From: Carcharhinus longimanus
Lineage: Eukaryota
Length of the DNA: 64,000 nucleotides
NCBI GenBank assembly: GCA_030264375.1
Contig: JASCQW010000168.1
Coordinates: forward strand, 12,743,574 to 12,807,573
Direction of reading: 5' to 3'
This document shows, piece after piece, positions 1 through 12,870 of the stretch. Made by a program: the position numbers and the translations under genes. The first letter of the stretch is position 1; the number at the start of each line of letters is the position of its first letter. The notes beneath the pieces are model-generated. The model had not been told where the DNA came from, ran no database searches, and was given only the letters and a program-made list of their open reading frames with translations.

Positions 1-252
1 GAAAATGATACAAAAGTCTGAGGTCACCTGCCAACCAACTAAAGAACAGCTTCTTCCCTGCTGCCACCAGACATTTGAATGGACCTACCTCGCATTAATT
101 TAATCTTTTTCCACACCCTAGCGATGACTGTAACACTACATTCTGCACTCTCTCTTTTCCTTCTTTATGAATGGTATGCTTTGTGTGTATAGCGAGCAAG
201 AAACACTAATTTTCACCGTATGCTAATATATGTGACAATTATAAATCAAATC
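1..252 (+). mobile_element. 3' end of a LINE (L2/Rex-Babar-like)
   Basis: aagaacagcttcttccct (KNSFFP) RT C-terminal motif, then a 3' UTR ending tgtgacaat..aaatcaaatc. Confidence 0.6.
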
Positions 253-1359
253 TAGTGGTATAAAAGAATGTTTTAGGGTAATAATACGGTACAAAATACA
301 CATTACCTTGCAGGCATCATGGCAACTGTGCACACACTGCTGGTTCTGCACAGCTGTGGGGTGAGTACTCGCATGGGGTTCATTGTTGGCAGGTCAAGGT
401 GATCGTTCCTTGTCCAGGGGTTCAGGTCATAATGGAAGGGGGAACGGAGCAAAAGGGAAGGGTCTTTTGATAGTCTGGAGCCTCTGTTGTTGATTGGGGG
501 TGGTCAGTGGCGTTGCCATCTATCCAAACAGGCATCAGCCCAGTAACTTCTTTAGCTAAGGAGGAATTCAGGGTCACATTAGGGTGGTGATACCCCAGCA
601 AAGGAAAACTCTTCAGCTCCAGGGGCAGCTTGTATGTCACTAACTGGCAGGTCTCCCACAGGTCAAACTGTTGGCTGGAAACAAAGCCTGGCAGCAAAGG
701 CAACTGACAGCCATCAACAACTAAACCACTACATCCTTCCTTCAGCACTGAAGAGCAAATTACTACTCAGTAATTTTCCCTTTAAATCCTCCTCGTAAAT
801 GTCAGCACTCAGCAATAAGTCATTTGGCAATTAGTGACATGTGATTTGCCAATCCAAATTTAAGTTATCCCACTATCCACCATTGATAACCATTGAGTAA
901 CTAATGGAGGAAAAGACAGCCTACAACACGTGTAATACACTCCAGATGAATAGTTCCAGAAAGGCATTTAGAACAAAGCAAAAGAATCCAAGCATTTTGC
1001 TCGATGGGTGTTTAGTGATACAACTGCAGCAATGGGACAATAATTGTTATCAACAGCACTTCTGAATCTGCACTGCAGCAATTCCTAAAAAAACTAGAGA
1101 TGCTGCTCTGTCTCTCCTGAGAAAGTTAATTCATTTATTTTCCCATTTAACATAGCTCCGATCATGCACCATCGCTTTGCCATATCCTGGAACAATCCTC
1201 ACATGTTTAGAAACTCCTCTGGCAGTTCAGAATATCTGCTTCTTGAAAGTGGGGTTTCATTTGTGACCGATCATGGGCTCCAAGACAATTGTTGTTCTGA
1301 ATTGGAACGATTCAGACTGTAATGGAAGGTTCTGGAGTCAGCCAAATTAGGAGCTGAAG

Positions 1360-1674
1360 GGGTGGCATGATGGCACAGTGGTTAGCACTGCTGCTTCACG
1401 CTGCCATGGACCCGGGTTCAATTCGAGCTTTGGGTGACTGTCTATAGAGTCTGCACGTTCTCCTCTTGTCTGCGTTGTTTTTCTCTGGTGCTCCAGTTTC
1501 CTCCCACAGTCAAAAGAAGTGTTGGTTAGGTAGATTGGCCATCCTAAATTGCCCTTTCAGTGTCCTAAAATGTGTAGGTTAGGTGGATTATCCATGGTAA
1601 ATGCATGGGAAGATGCTCTTGCGGAGAGTCAGTGTAGACTCAATGGGCCATCTCTGCACTTCAGGGATTCTGTG
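1360..1674 (+). mobile_element. HE1 (V-SINE) tRNA-derived SINE
   Basis: tggcacagtggttagcactgctgc A box, gggttcaattc B box, V-domain and CR1-type tail. Confidence 0.9.
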
Positions 1675-2649
1675 GTTAAGTGGAGAAGTTTTGGGCTTAT
1701 ACATTTTCACATCCTATGTTCCTAAAGGGTTTCTCGAAATGTGGCAGGTATCTGAGTGTGATAATTGGCTGCCATAAAGCTGGACATTGAAAGTTCTTCC
1801 CATTGTTGGGCAATGGTTTGCAGCCATTTCACAAACTAATATACTAGGTTAGCACTTGATGCCTGGTACTCTCATTGTAGTAGGTGTAAATCCAAGTCCC
1901 AGGTTATGAAGAACAAAGGGTAAAATTTTCCAATTTCTTTTCCTAAGTGCTGGCTGATGCTAGAAAACCAGTTTGCAGCTCACCAGCTGCACAGCCAGCT
2001 TTCCTCTCCATACTTTATAGCACGTAGTACAAAAAATGCTGGAGGTGTGTTTCACTGGCAGGGTGGGACAGGACCTGAGACAGCCAGAAACATCAGTTCT
2101 CCAGAGATCAGGGCGCCCTCACGATCTTACAAAAATAAAAATACAAAGATCCACCCACAGAAGCAGAGAGACACCCCCCTCACAACCAACCTCCCCATTG
2201 CTACATGGGACCTGTAGACTCCCCAACTAAAGCCCCCTTCACCATGCTGCCCCAGCACTGCCCCCTCAAGTGTCATGGGCAATACCAGGGTACTTAGGAT
2301 AGTGTCTGGGTACTGCCCAGAAATGTTCTTCTCCCACCAGTGCAGTCTTTCACCAGGCTGTTGTTACTCTAGATTTGTTGTAAACGTCACTGACATGATG
2401 GGTGTAATTCCTAATGTGAGGGTGGACAATACAACTGGGAAACTTGTTAATGATATTTAAATGAGGTATCCAACCTTCCTGGGCAGCACCTCATTTTGCC
2501 ACTGATGGAGGGAATCTGGAAACGTGATCTCATTGGCGAGATTCTTGTTTTCCATCTCTTGTGGGATTTTGCACCCATGTCACCATTTCTCTTGCTGATG
2601 TAAGATTTTCCGCATGTCTCAAGACTCTTGGATGCTGGAACAAAAACAA

Positions 2650-2962
2650 GGGCAGCACGGTGGCTTGCACTGCTGCCTGACAGCACCAGGGACCCAGGTT
2701 CAATTCTGACCTCAGGTGACAATGTGGAGTTTGCACATTTTCCCTGTGTCTGTGTGGGTTTCCTCCAGGTGCTCTGGTTTCCTCCCACAATCAAAGATGT
2801 GCAGGTTAGATGGATTGCTAAATTGCCCTCAGTGTCCAAAGATGTGCAGGTTAAACGAGTGGGGATCGAGAGCTGGGCCTGGATGGGATGCTGTTTCGGA
2901 GAGTTGGTGTAGACCCGATGGGCTGAATGGTACTTTCTGCACTGTTGGGATTTTATGATTTT
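2650..2962 (+). mobile_element. HE1 SINE
   Basis: Same head, V-domain and tail as the other copies. Confidence 0.9.
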
Positions 2963-5766
2963 ACGAAGAACACAAGAAGCTCTGCCCCCCCGCATCTGAA
3001 ACTAAAATCTCATGCTTTAATTGTCAAGATTCCATACAGTCCAAAGCCAATATCTAAAATTATCCAAAAAATGACAATGTTGCCATGGTTGAGCTCATTT
3101 GGAACAATTTTATGAAACTATCTCACAACTACCAGCAGACAGCCAGAGAAAGCTTATACCACCCTTCTTATTACACACAGTTACCTAAATTGGACAAGGC
3201 ACTCACCATTTCTATTCCCACACAAGCTAATTACAACGGTGTCTTTAATAATGGGTTTATAGTGCAACCATTTCAGACAGGAAGCTGACAGGAACTGAAT
3301 GGAAGCTGCAGCCAACAACAATCCATACTTCAACAACCAGCTGAGATGCAGAGATCAGGGTGTGCTGATTAGCATCATTGTTCACTGCATTTAGCGGGGG
3401 TTTTATAAACATCAGTGGCGACTACTGTATTGAGAAGCTATGCATGGTAACACACATTTTTGATTAGAGTTTCCTTTCCTCCCCCCTTTATTTAAAGTGA
3501 TTTCTACTTTATATTGAAAAGAGTGGCTCAAAAGAACACAATCTGAGGGCCTGAAACCTGATGGAGAATCAATCGAAGAGTTATGAGTACAGAAGTGATA
3601 AGTATCTCACCATTGAAAAGCTGAAGTGTGTACTACACATTGGCACATATTATGCCAATAAACTATGAAACATGTTTGTGCTGTGACATCTGTGCTAAGG
3701 TCTCGGAGATTTTACAAAGAACGTACAAATCAAACATTAAAAAGTGAAGAGTCCAAAACTCAAGTCATGACATCATTAGATTTGAATTGAGATTGGAAGA
3801 GAGAGAAGGACTTTCATTAAATGGGCATAAAGAGTGAAGGAACTGATGAGGAGGTGACATTTGCATAAACAGCACCGGGCTTTCGACATAGCTACGCTGA
3901 GTAAAGTTTTTGATTCATATACTGGGCTGTCATTCTCATTCAAATCAGATGACAGGAGTTTACTACATTAGAATGAAATAGAGACGAACTGGGAGCTAAT
4001 AAATTTGAAGTCCACGTGTCTTTGTGCGATCATGGATAAAGAGAAGAAACAGCACGTGTGGAGGAGAACTGGTGCCATGGGAATCATGGCCATTCCTGGA
4101 AGAGGTGCCAAATTGACTGGAATTAATGATGCTGATTTCTGAAGTTGTAGTACTGAGGTAGTAAATCAATCAGCCATGGAACGGAATCAAAGTCAGAAGT
4201 ATTAGGGTGCAAAGGCAAAACTAAAAAATATGCACCTCAATTAAAAGTGCACACAAGAGTTCCTGTCATGAACTGAAAGAAAAGCAACTTCTGGCTTCAT
4301 GTACATGAGAATTCTCCTTGGACTCAGATAGATTTATGTGCAGATTAATGTGCTGGGGAAAATGTATTACCCGAACAGCGTTCAAATATACTTAATACTG
4401 TTTTTAATAATTTGCATGTGTTTTTGGAGTTAGCTTGTACAAGTACTAGCTAAGCAATTCTTTACACTGGTACTTTTTAAAGCCTGGATTTAATGCAAAA
4501 TTACTTTGAGAAATGTACAAAAATATTTCAGCATGAACACATAATTTAGTGATTTGTCAATGTGTTTCTGGCACTTTATCAACTCTGTGTTTAATATGCA
4601 CCATTTATTTTCAGACTTAATTTTGAAAGATGAAATCAGCACTTGGATTTCGAAATGCTCCATAAACTCCCTTCACACCAAATTCTTGAGTGACAACACA
4701 GAACCAAGTGATTGATCATTTTCAGGTTTTCTTAACCCTCGAATGAGATTTTGATTAAAACAAATCATTTTTCATCAACGGATCACCAGGTGATTAGTTA
4801 TTTCAGCAGAACGTAAGTAAACAAACAGCAGCTGTGATTAATAAAGGCGATGGATGGGATCCAACTTTTTAATTCCCAGACAGGTTCAGCGTTCCTACAG
4901 CCAATTGAGGAAGTTTCATTATTCCCCTAATCCCTAAAAGCTTTGGCCTGCACAACTGGTCCTGTTAAAAGCCAAGGCCCTGGAGACTCTGCTATGCCGA
5001 TTAAAAGCCAGAGGAACAACAGTAAATTATCAAATACACTTCGGAAAAAAATATAAAGTCTATTCTCAACTTGGTGACAGGTATGATGTATGTATGTTTT
5101 GAAATGATGTGAAACCTTACCTAAACTAATTACTTCATTCATGTTAACAAAGCACTCCTCAGAGCCTGGTAATTAACTGATTCGTGCCCAATGCACTGTG
5201 GCGTGGAACATCAGAAAAAGGTTGCTTTTCCGCTAACTAAAATAAAAAAGTTAACATGTAACAATTTATTTTACAGTATAACACAAATGGCAAGTGTTAA
5301 CTGCAATGGCTAAACATGCATGCATAACACAAAACTTCACAACAACTCAGGATCTGTTCACTGCCACACCACAATTCATTTTACACCATATCCAATGTCG
5401 CTGAGAGTTTGCCCTTGCATAGTGTACAGCAGTTCTGGGAGTTTCAGTGTCCTCTGGGGGCAGCAGATGCACTCACCATGGCAGAGCAGATCTGCACACT
5501 TGACAGTCCTACATCGCATAAATGTGGAGGCAGAACCTCTGGGACGGTGGCCTATAAGAATGCTCTAATCAGCAAGTGTTTTACAGTTTTGACCATTTCC
5601 CCAGGATTTGAATATGAAAAAATTGAATAACAAACCTTCATGTTGCTTCAAATATATGAAGCCTTAGCTAACTTAGAAGCTGAGAGTTTCCCAATAGTAT
5701 TTTTACAAGTACCAGTGCAGGAAAGGTTCACCTATCAAATTCGGTAAATGATAGCAAGAAAGAAGC

Positions 5767-6071
5767 ATATAATCCCAAAAGTGCAAAAGGAGGTCATTCA
5801 ACCCATCAAGCCTACACTGACAACAATCCAGGTCCTATCTCCATAACTCCATGTAATCCCCTTGACACTAAGGGCAATTTAGTATGGCCAATCAACCTAA
5901 CTCGCACATCTCTGGACAGTGGGAGGAAACTGGAGCACCCGGAGGAAATCCATGCAGACACAGGGAGAACATGCAAACTCCACACAGTCATCCAAGGCTG
6001 GAAATGAATCTGGGTCATCCAAGTCCCTGCCCTATGAGGCAGCAGTGCTAACTGCTGTGCCATCATGCCGC
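5767..6071 (-). mobile_element. HE1 SINE
   Basis: Reverse complement of the HE1 pattern. Confidence 0.9.
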
Positions 6072-7019
6072 ACATCACTATTTAATTGTTATTTATTTTC
6101 AGATTTTTAAACACTGTTGCCCTGCACATAACGACAGACATGACCATCTCCAAAGATGGAGACAATTGCAGTTTGCATACCCCTCTAGCCAGAGCTGAAG
6201 GTATGATGGGCTCCTACAAGCAACCCAAGGTCATCTGTTATATACTTAACTGAGACAATCTCACTAGGACTTAAAACTATGGGCATGGCAAGTGCAACAT
6301 AACATCTTCCCAGTGTATTAAATATTTCTAAAGCAACATATAGTTTTCTAAATTTATAATCTGGCACATCCATAGCATGACTACGCTAGGATAAGGTGTT
6401 AGAAAAATCATGGTACAAAAAAAATCATGTTGCACAGTTGAGCGTGCAACACATCAGTCATACCAATAATGAGAAACACAAATTACTCAAAGCAGTTCTG
6501 TTGCAGTTGAAAGAAATCATTAATTCTCCTGTTGACTGGCGTTTTGGACTTTCTTCTACAAATAGTAAATGGCATCAGAATCATTCAGATAAATAATAGG
6601 TTTTTTTATGTAATTTTTATAGGTCAGTAAAATTCTTACATTAGAGGTGGCATTACAGTCACAACGATAATAAATGAGTGTTACATGCAGGTCCTTGCAC
6701 TGACCATTAAAATGAATGCTACTATCACTCCTGGTCTAATTGTGTGACACACAGAAGAGAACCAATAATCCATCACTATCCACAAACTACCCCAATCAAC
6801 ATAGCTCTACCCCCCTCTCCCCCCACCAAAAAAAGTGAACCAGCAATAACCATCTACTCTGAATCTCATGTCACTGAATTCAAAGTGATTCAATAATTCG
6901 ATTGCTTAGCACTATATTTCCAGTTAACGGTGATATCTATGTTGCTTCTTTTTCCCTTTGACATTTTGAATTGCTTTCGTAACAATACTTCAAATTATCA
7001 ACAAGGCCCATGAGAAGAG

Positions 7020-7400
7020 ACTTGTGTTTATTTATCGAGCTCATTTCATGACCACCAGACACCTTAAAGCGCTTTAATCCAGTGAGGTACCTTTAGTAGT
7101 CACTATTGTAATGCAGGAAACATAGCAACCAGTTAACTTTCAGCAAGTTCCCACAAACAGCAATGTGGTAATTTTTTTGTGATGTTGACTGAGGGATAAA
7201 TATTGATCANNNNNNNNNNCCTTCATCACAGGATTTTTCCCATCCCTCCTGCGCTGCTATATGGGGCCTCAATTCAGCATCTCATTCAAAAGATGGCACC
7301 TCCAATGATGCCATGCTCACTCTGTACCACACTAGAATGTCAGCCTTAATTTTTGTGTTCAAACTCTAGAGTGGGACTTGAGCCACCAGACTTGAACCTG
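7020..7400 (-). mobile_element. SacSINE1-like DeuSINE (old)
   Basis: Deu-domain-like catctcattcaaaagatggcacctccaatgatgc...tgtcagcc; similar to the other copies. Confidence 0.65.
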
Positions 7401-7407
7401 TGGGACT

Positions 7408-7712
7408 TGGGCAGCAAGGTGGCGCAGTGGTTAGCACTGCCGCCTCCTAGTGCCCGGGACCCGGGTTCAATTCCCTACTTGGGACGTTGTTTGTGCAGAG
7501 TCTGCATGTTCTCCCTGTGTCAGCGTGGGTTTCCTCCAGGTGCTCCAGTTTCCTCCCACAGTCCGAAAGATGTGCTGGTTAGGTGCATTGGCCATGCTAA
7601 ACTCTCCCTCAGTGTATCCAAACAGGTGCCGGAGTGTGGCAACTAGGGGATTTGGACAGTAACTTCATTGCAGTGTTAATGTAAGCCTACTTGATATTGA
7701 TAAATAAACTAA
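7408..7712 (+). mobile_element. HE1-type SINE with alternative 3' tail
   Basis: HE1 head and V-domain followed by cagtaacttcattgcagtgttaatgtaagcctacttg...aataaa. Confidence 0.85.
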
Positions 7713-7772
7713 AACGACAAAAAACCCCAAAATCTTATGATTCAGAGGCTGATGCATTACCAACTGACACTA

Positions 7773-8130
7773 GGGACACAGTGGTGCAGTGATATTATCA
7801 CTGGACTAGAAAGCCAGGGACCCAGGTTACTGCTCTGAGGACCCGGGTTTGAATTCCACCATGGCAGATAATGAAATTTGAATTCGATAACAATCTGGAA
7901 TTAAAAGTCTAATGATGACCATGAAACCATTGTCAAATGTCATAAAAATCCATTTGGTTCACTAATGTCCTTTAGGGAAGGAAATCTACTGTCCTTACAT
8001 GATCTGGCCTACACGTGACTCCAGACCCACAGCAATATGGCTGCTTCTTAAATGCTCTCTGAAATGGCCAGGCAAGCCAATCAGTTAGGAATGAGCAAGA
8101 AATGCTGGCCCAACCAGCGACGAATAAAAA
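7773..8130 (+). mobile_element. tRNA-derived SINE of a second family, sharing its 3' tail with CR1-like LINEs
   Basis: gtggtgcagtg A box, gggtttgaattcc B box, tail aaatgctggcc; a related minus copy lies at ~51215-51590. Confidence 0.65.
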
Positions 8131-8849
8131 AAATATATATCATACGTTTCAGTTTAAAGTTTATTTATTAGTGTCATGAGTTGGCTTACATTAACACCGC
8201 AATGAAGTTACTGTGAAAATCCCCTATATGTATTACTGATGTTGTGTACTATATTCCAGGCTTCATGTTGCACTCTATTTACTAGCATTTCCTATGTTTT
8301 AGAATTTTTTTAAAAAGGAAATTGGGTAAATTGGATTTTTTGTGATTACTGAAGTCTCAAATTGCAGTAAAATTATTTTCTATAATTTGCCTCATTAGAA
8401 AAAGCAGATGTATGTTCCATTTCATGGAGAGTTTGTATATTTCCAACACATGAGGAACAGGTGACTAAATATTCAAGAATTAAAACTATAATTTTACATG
8501 ACGCACTTTTCCATCAGTTTAAAGGACTATGTCCCAGTGAATGTAGATGAATGTTAACCTTAGGGAATATGTCCCAATCGCTGGAGAATGCTAAACTTTC
8601 AGTGAAGGCAAACACTGCGATTCTGCAGACAGTTCATGGCATCCCTCTTATGGTCTAGCTGAAATGCTAACTTCTGAGAGGTCCACACTGAGATTGGAAA
8701 AGGAGATGAGAATATCTCTTATCATCCCATTAAATAAATTGACTTATTATTTATCCACTAGCCACAGTACAAAGTATTTCAAAGTCCTTTATCTGTGAAG
8801 TATTATGAAGTTCTTAAAAATGTGTCTTGGGGTGCCCTAAATTGGAATA

Positions 8850-11410
8850 TACGAAATATGAACAGGAATAGGCCATATAACCCATCAAGCATGTTCTGCT
8901 ATTCAACACATCATGGCTGATCATCTACCTCCTTGCCATTTTTTCTTACGATCCTCGTATCCTTTGATATCATTACTATCCCGAGATCTATTGATTTCTG
9001 TCTTGAACATGATCAATGACTGAGCTTACACAGCCATCTGAGGTAAAGAATTCCAAAGATTCACTGACCTCTGAATAAAGAAATTACACCCATGTCAGTC
9101 TTAAATGGTCTGCCCCTTATTCTGAAACTGTATCTAGTTCTAGACTCACCAATCAGGGGAAACATTCTACCAATACCTACCTGCCATGTTCTGTAAGAAT
9201 TGTGCAAGTTTCAGTGAGATTATCTTTCATTAATCAAAACGCTGGAGAATACAGGCCCAGTTTCATCAATTTCTCCTCATATGACATACCCACCATCTTA
9301 GGAAATAGCCTAGTGAGCCCCTGTTGCATTCCCTCTATGGCAAATGTATGTAAAGAGATTGGAACTGTGCACTATACTCCATGTGCAGTCTCATCAAGGC
9401 TCTATACAATCACAGCAAGACATTTTTACTCTAATCCCTTGCAATGAAGGGCAACATAATACCTGTCTTCCTAATTGCTTGCTCTACCTACTGGTTAGCT
9501 TTTACAGACTCATGAACAGGGACACCCAGATCACTCTGGGCATCAACACTTCCCAATGTCACACCATTCACAAAGTACTCTGTCTTTCTGTTTCTTCATC
9601 CAAAGTGAATAATTTCACACGTGCATGATCTCCCATCTGCCATGTTCTTGTCCATTTGCTCAATCTATCTAAATCGTTTGAAACCTCCTTGCAACTTATA
9701 TTCTTACCTAGTTTTGAGTCATCGGTGAATTTGGAAATGTTTACATTTGGTCCCAATGTCCACATTTTTTATATAGATGTTTGTGAACAGCTTGGCAACA
9801 TGTTAGTTCATCAACACGCCCCAGAAACCCATCTCATACATGCTCCACGAATATATCCTCTACACCATTAATGCTGGTTAGGATTACTCAGTCTTTATGT
9901 AGATTGAAGTCACCAATGATTACTGCATTACTTGTGTTACATACACTTCTAGTTTCCTGATTTATATCTGACCCGACATTGTCACTTACTGTTTGGTGGT
10001 CTATAAACATCACCCACCAATGTTTGCTGTCCGTTGCTTTTTTTTTTAGCTCCATCCACACCAATTCCACATCTTCACCTTTTGATCTGAAATCCTCTCT
10101 CACTATAATGTAATAATTTTGTCCCTTATTAACAGTACTACCTCACCTCCTTCTCCTTTTTGCTCATCATTCTTAGATGTTGAAGATCCTTAGATGTTAC
10201 ATTCCCAGCTCTGGTCACCTTGTAGCCACATTTCTTTAAAAGCAATTAAATCAGACCCACTAACNNNNNNNNNNNNNNNNNNNNNNNNNNNNNNNNNNNN
10301 NNNNNNNNNNNNNNNNNNNNNNNNNNNNNNNNNNNNNNNNNNNNNNNNNNNNNNNNNNNNNNNNNNNNNNNNNNNNNNNNNNNNNNNNNNNNNNNNNNNN
10401 NNNNNNNNNNNNNNNNNNNCTTTCTACTTCCGGTTACTAGTTTTGCTTCTCCCTAATCTGAACTCCCTCTCAGATTTCTATTGCCTGCCAATCTAGTTTA
10501 AATCCTCATCCTCATCACCAGCAAATCTCTCTGCAAGAACATTAGTCCTGGTCCAGCTGAGGTATAACATGGGCCACCTCCTTCAGAACTGGTTCCAATG
10601 CTTCAGAAATTGGTAGTCCTCCGGCCTACACCATTTCTCTAGATCATTCACCGAGTCCTCCTGTTCCTCTGCTCACGAGCACGTGAAAGCAATCCTGAGG
10701 TTACTGCTATTGAGGTCTTGCTTTTTAATTCCTTTCCTAACTCTCTGAAACCTCCTTTCAGGATCTAGTCCCACCCATGTCATTGATAATAATGTGGACT
10801 ATGTCCTCTGGCTGCTCAACCTCCCTCAGAAGAATGTCTTGCAGCCGTTCTGTGAATCCTTGACCCTGGCACCAAGGAGACTGCACACAATCTTGGAGAA
10901 TCAGCTGGAGAAACATCTGTCTATTCTCATAACTAACAAATTCCCCTATCACTGTTACTCTTCCATTCTTGTACATTCCCTCTTGCACAGCTGGGCCAAC
11001 TGTGGTGCATGCACTTGTCTCATGCTAGGCTCCTTTGAGGAGCCATTGCCATCAGCAGTGTCCAAAACAGAAAACTTATCAGCCAACAGGATCAACTCCG
11101 GGCACTCCTGCATTGCCTGCATGGTTCACTTATACTGCTTGGCAGTTACCCCATTCCCTCTCTGCGTGCATCGTCCTAACCTGCAGGGTGATCATGCGCC
11201 CCTCACCCCCACACCCTCAAAATGTGCTATCCACATAGTTCTCAGCCTCTTGGATATACCACAGTGACTTGAGCCACTGCTAGACTTCTGAAACCTGGAG
11301 CTCAACCTTCTGCAGACTGTGACACTTTCTGCAGATGTATCTGTCTAGGTCACAACTTCCCACATTCCACAGGACACAGATTCCACTAGCTTGAGCTGCT
11401 ATGTTATTCT
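8850..11410 (-). mobile_element. Degenerate, internally deleted CR1 LINE (ORF1 esterase, endonuclease and RT fragments)
   Basis: Fragments EQPEDIVHIIINDMG (SGNH-like ORF1), VELVWMELK..VIIGDFNLH (APE) and NISKFTDDSKLG..DLDRLSKWTRTWQM (RT). Confidence 0.85.
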
Positions 11411-11929
11411 TTAACTTTATAAACTATTTATTGTAAGTAGAATAACTTACCAGTTTCTCATTAATTTGCTTCTTCCCTCGCACCAAACAAAATAAGTGCA
11501 TATGTAGGGATTATTTATCTAAAAATATATACATTACTGTAACTAAGAAGAAAAATTTACACACGGCCCTTTATAAAAATATGTAAAAATCAGTCTCTAA
11601 GAGCAGATACCCTCCAACCAAATCATTCTTCCTGTGATGTAACTTTCCAATTTCTTTTAACTAGTTTTCAAACTCAGCAACAAGAATGGTAACAGCTACT
11701 GCTCCAGCTCCCTCCTCCGTCCTGTCATGAGTGACCTCTCCTCTCCCTGGTACTTTAGGCACTGATCCTGGGCCTCGGTGTATCTGCCATTGCCACTGTT
11801 CCAGGCCTGGTCCAAACTGCCTCTCCTCTTCCCAGGTGAATTAATAGAAAAAACTCCTAACGTTCAACTAGCAATCACGTATTATTGAACTTGAATGATT
11901 TTGCAATCACTAGGTTGGAACCATAACTA

Positions 11930-12870
11930 GCATGAAGGAAGATTGTTGGAGGTCAGTCATATCAGTCCTTAGGATAGTGTCCAAGGCCCAATCATCTTCA
12001 GCTGCTTTATCAATGACCTTTCCTCCATCATAAGGTCAGAAGTGGGGATGTTCGCTGATAATTGCACAATATTCAGCACCGTTTGCGACTCCTCACATAC
12101 CGAAGCAGTCCATGTCCAAATGCAGCAAGACCTGGACAATATCAGGCTTGGTTTGATAAATGGCAGGTAACATTCGCGCCACACAAGTGTCAGGCAATGA
12201 TCATCTTTAAAAAGAGAAAATCCAACCATCTTTCTTTGGGATTTAATTTCATTACCATTGCTGAATCTCCCACTTCAAACATTTTGGGGTTAGCATTGAC
12301 TAGAAACAGAACTGGCCTAGCCATTTAAATATTATGGCTATAAGAGCAGGTCAGAGGCTGGGAATTCTGCAGAGAGTAACTCACCTCCTGACTCCCCGAT
12401 GCTTGTCCACCATCTATACATAAAGATATCAGGAGTATGATGGAATACTCTTCATTTGCCTGGATGAATGCAGCTCCAATAACACTCAAGAGGCTCGACA
12501 CAATCCAGGGCAAAGCAGCGTCCACCACATTCAACATTCACTCCTTCCAGCACCAACACACAGTGGCAGCAGCGTGTACCATCTACAAATTGCACTGTAG
12601 CAACACGTGGGTTCCTTTGACAGCACTTTTCAAAGCCGTAGGACAAAGGCAGCAGGTATATAGGAACAACACTCTCTGTAAGTTCCCCTCCAAGGCATAT
12701 GCAATTCTGATTGGGGACTACATTGCCATTACTTCACTGCTGCAGTGTCAAGATCCTGGAACTTTCTTCCCAACAACACTGTGGGTGTACCTATACCACA
12801 TGGCTGCCACGGTTCAAGATGAAGTTTCATCACACCGTCTCAAGAACGATTAGGGATGGATAATAAATGT
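11930..12870 (+). mobile_element. CR1-clade LINE RT 3' portion
   Basis: FSCFINDL..MFADNCT; MEYSSFAWMNAAPITLKRLDTIQGKA; tail gattagggatggataataaatg. Confidence 0.85.

Noticed and set aside
1360-1430. tRNA-like A/B boxes
   Set aside because: These are SINE heads, not tRNA genes
2447-2995. Recurrent ORFs such as ...SLHILPVSAWVSSRCSGFLPQSKD...
   Set aside because: These are translations of HE1 SINE copies, not genes
3400-4260. Purine-rich, coding-looking stretch
   Set aside because: Stops in the frames I translated and no identifiable motif; probably an unclassifiable old transposon
4860-5300. Repeat-free, TAAT-rich stretches resembling conserved non-coding enhancers (also ~13450-14050, ~16200-16560, ~24450-24760)
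   Set aside because: Conservation cannot be judged without alignments
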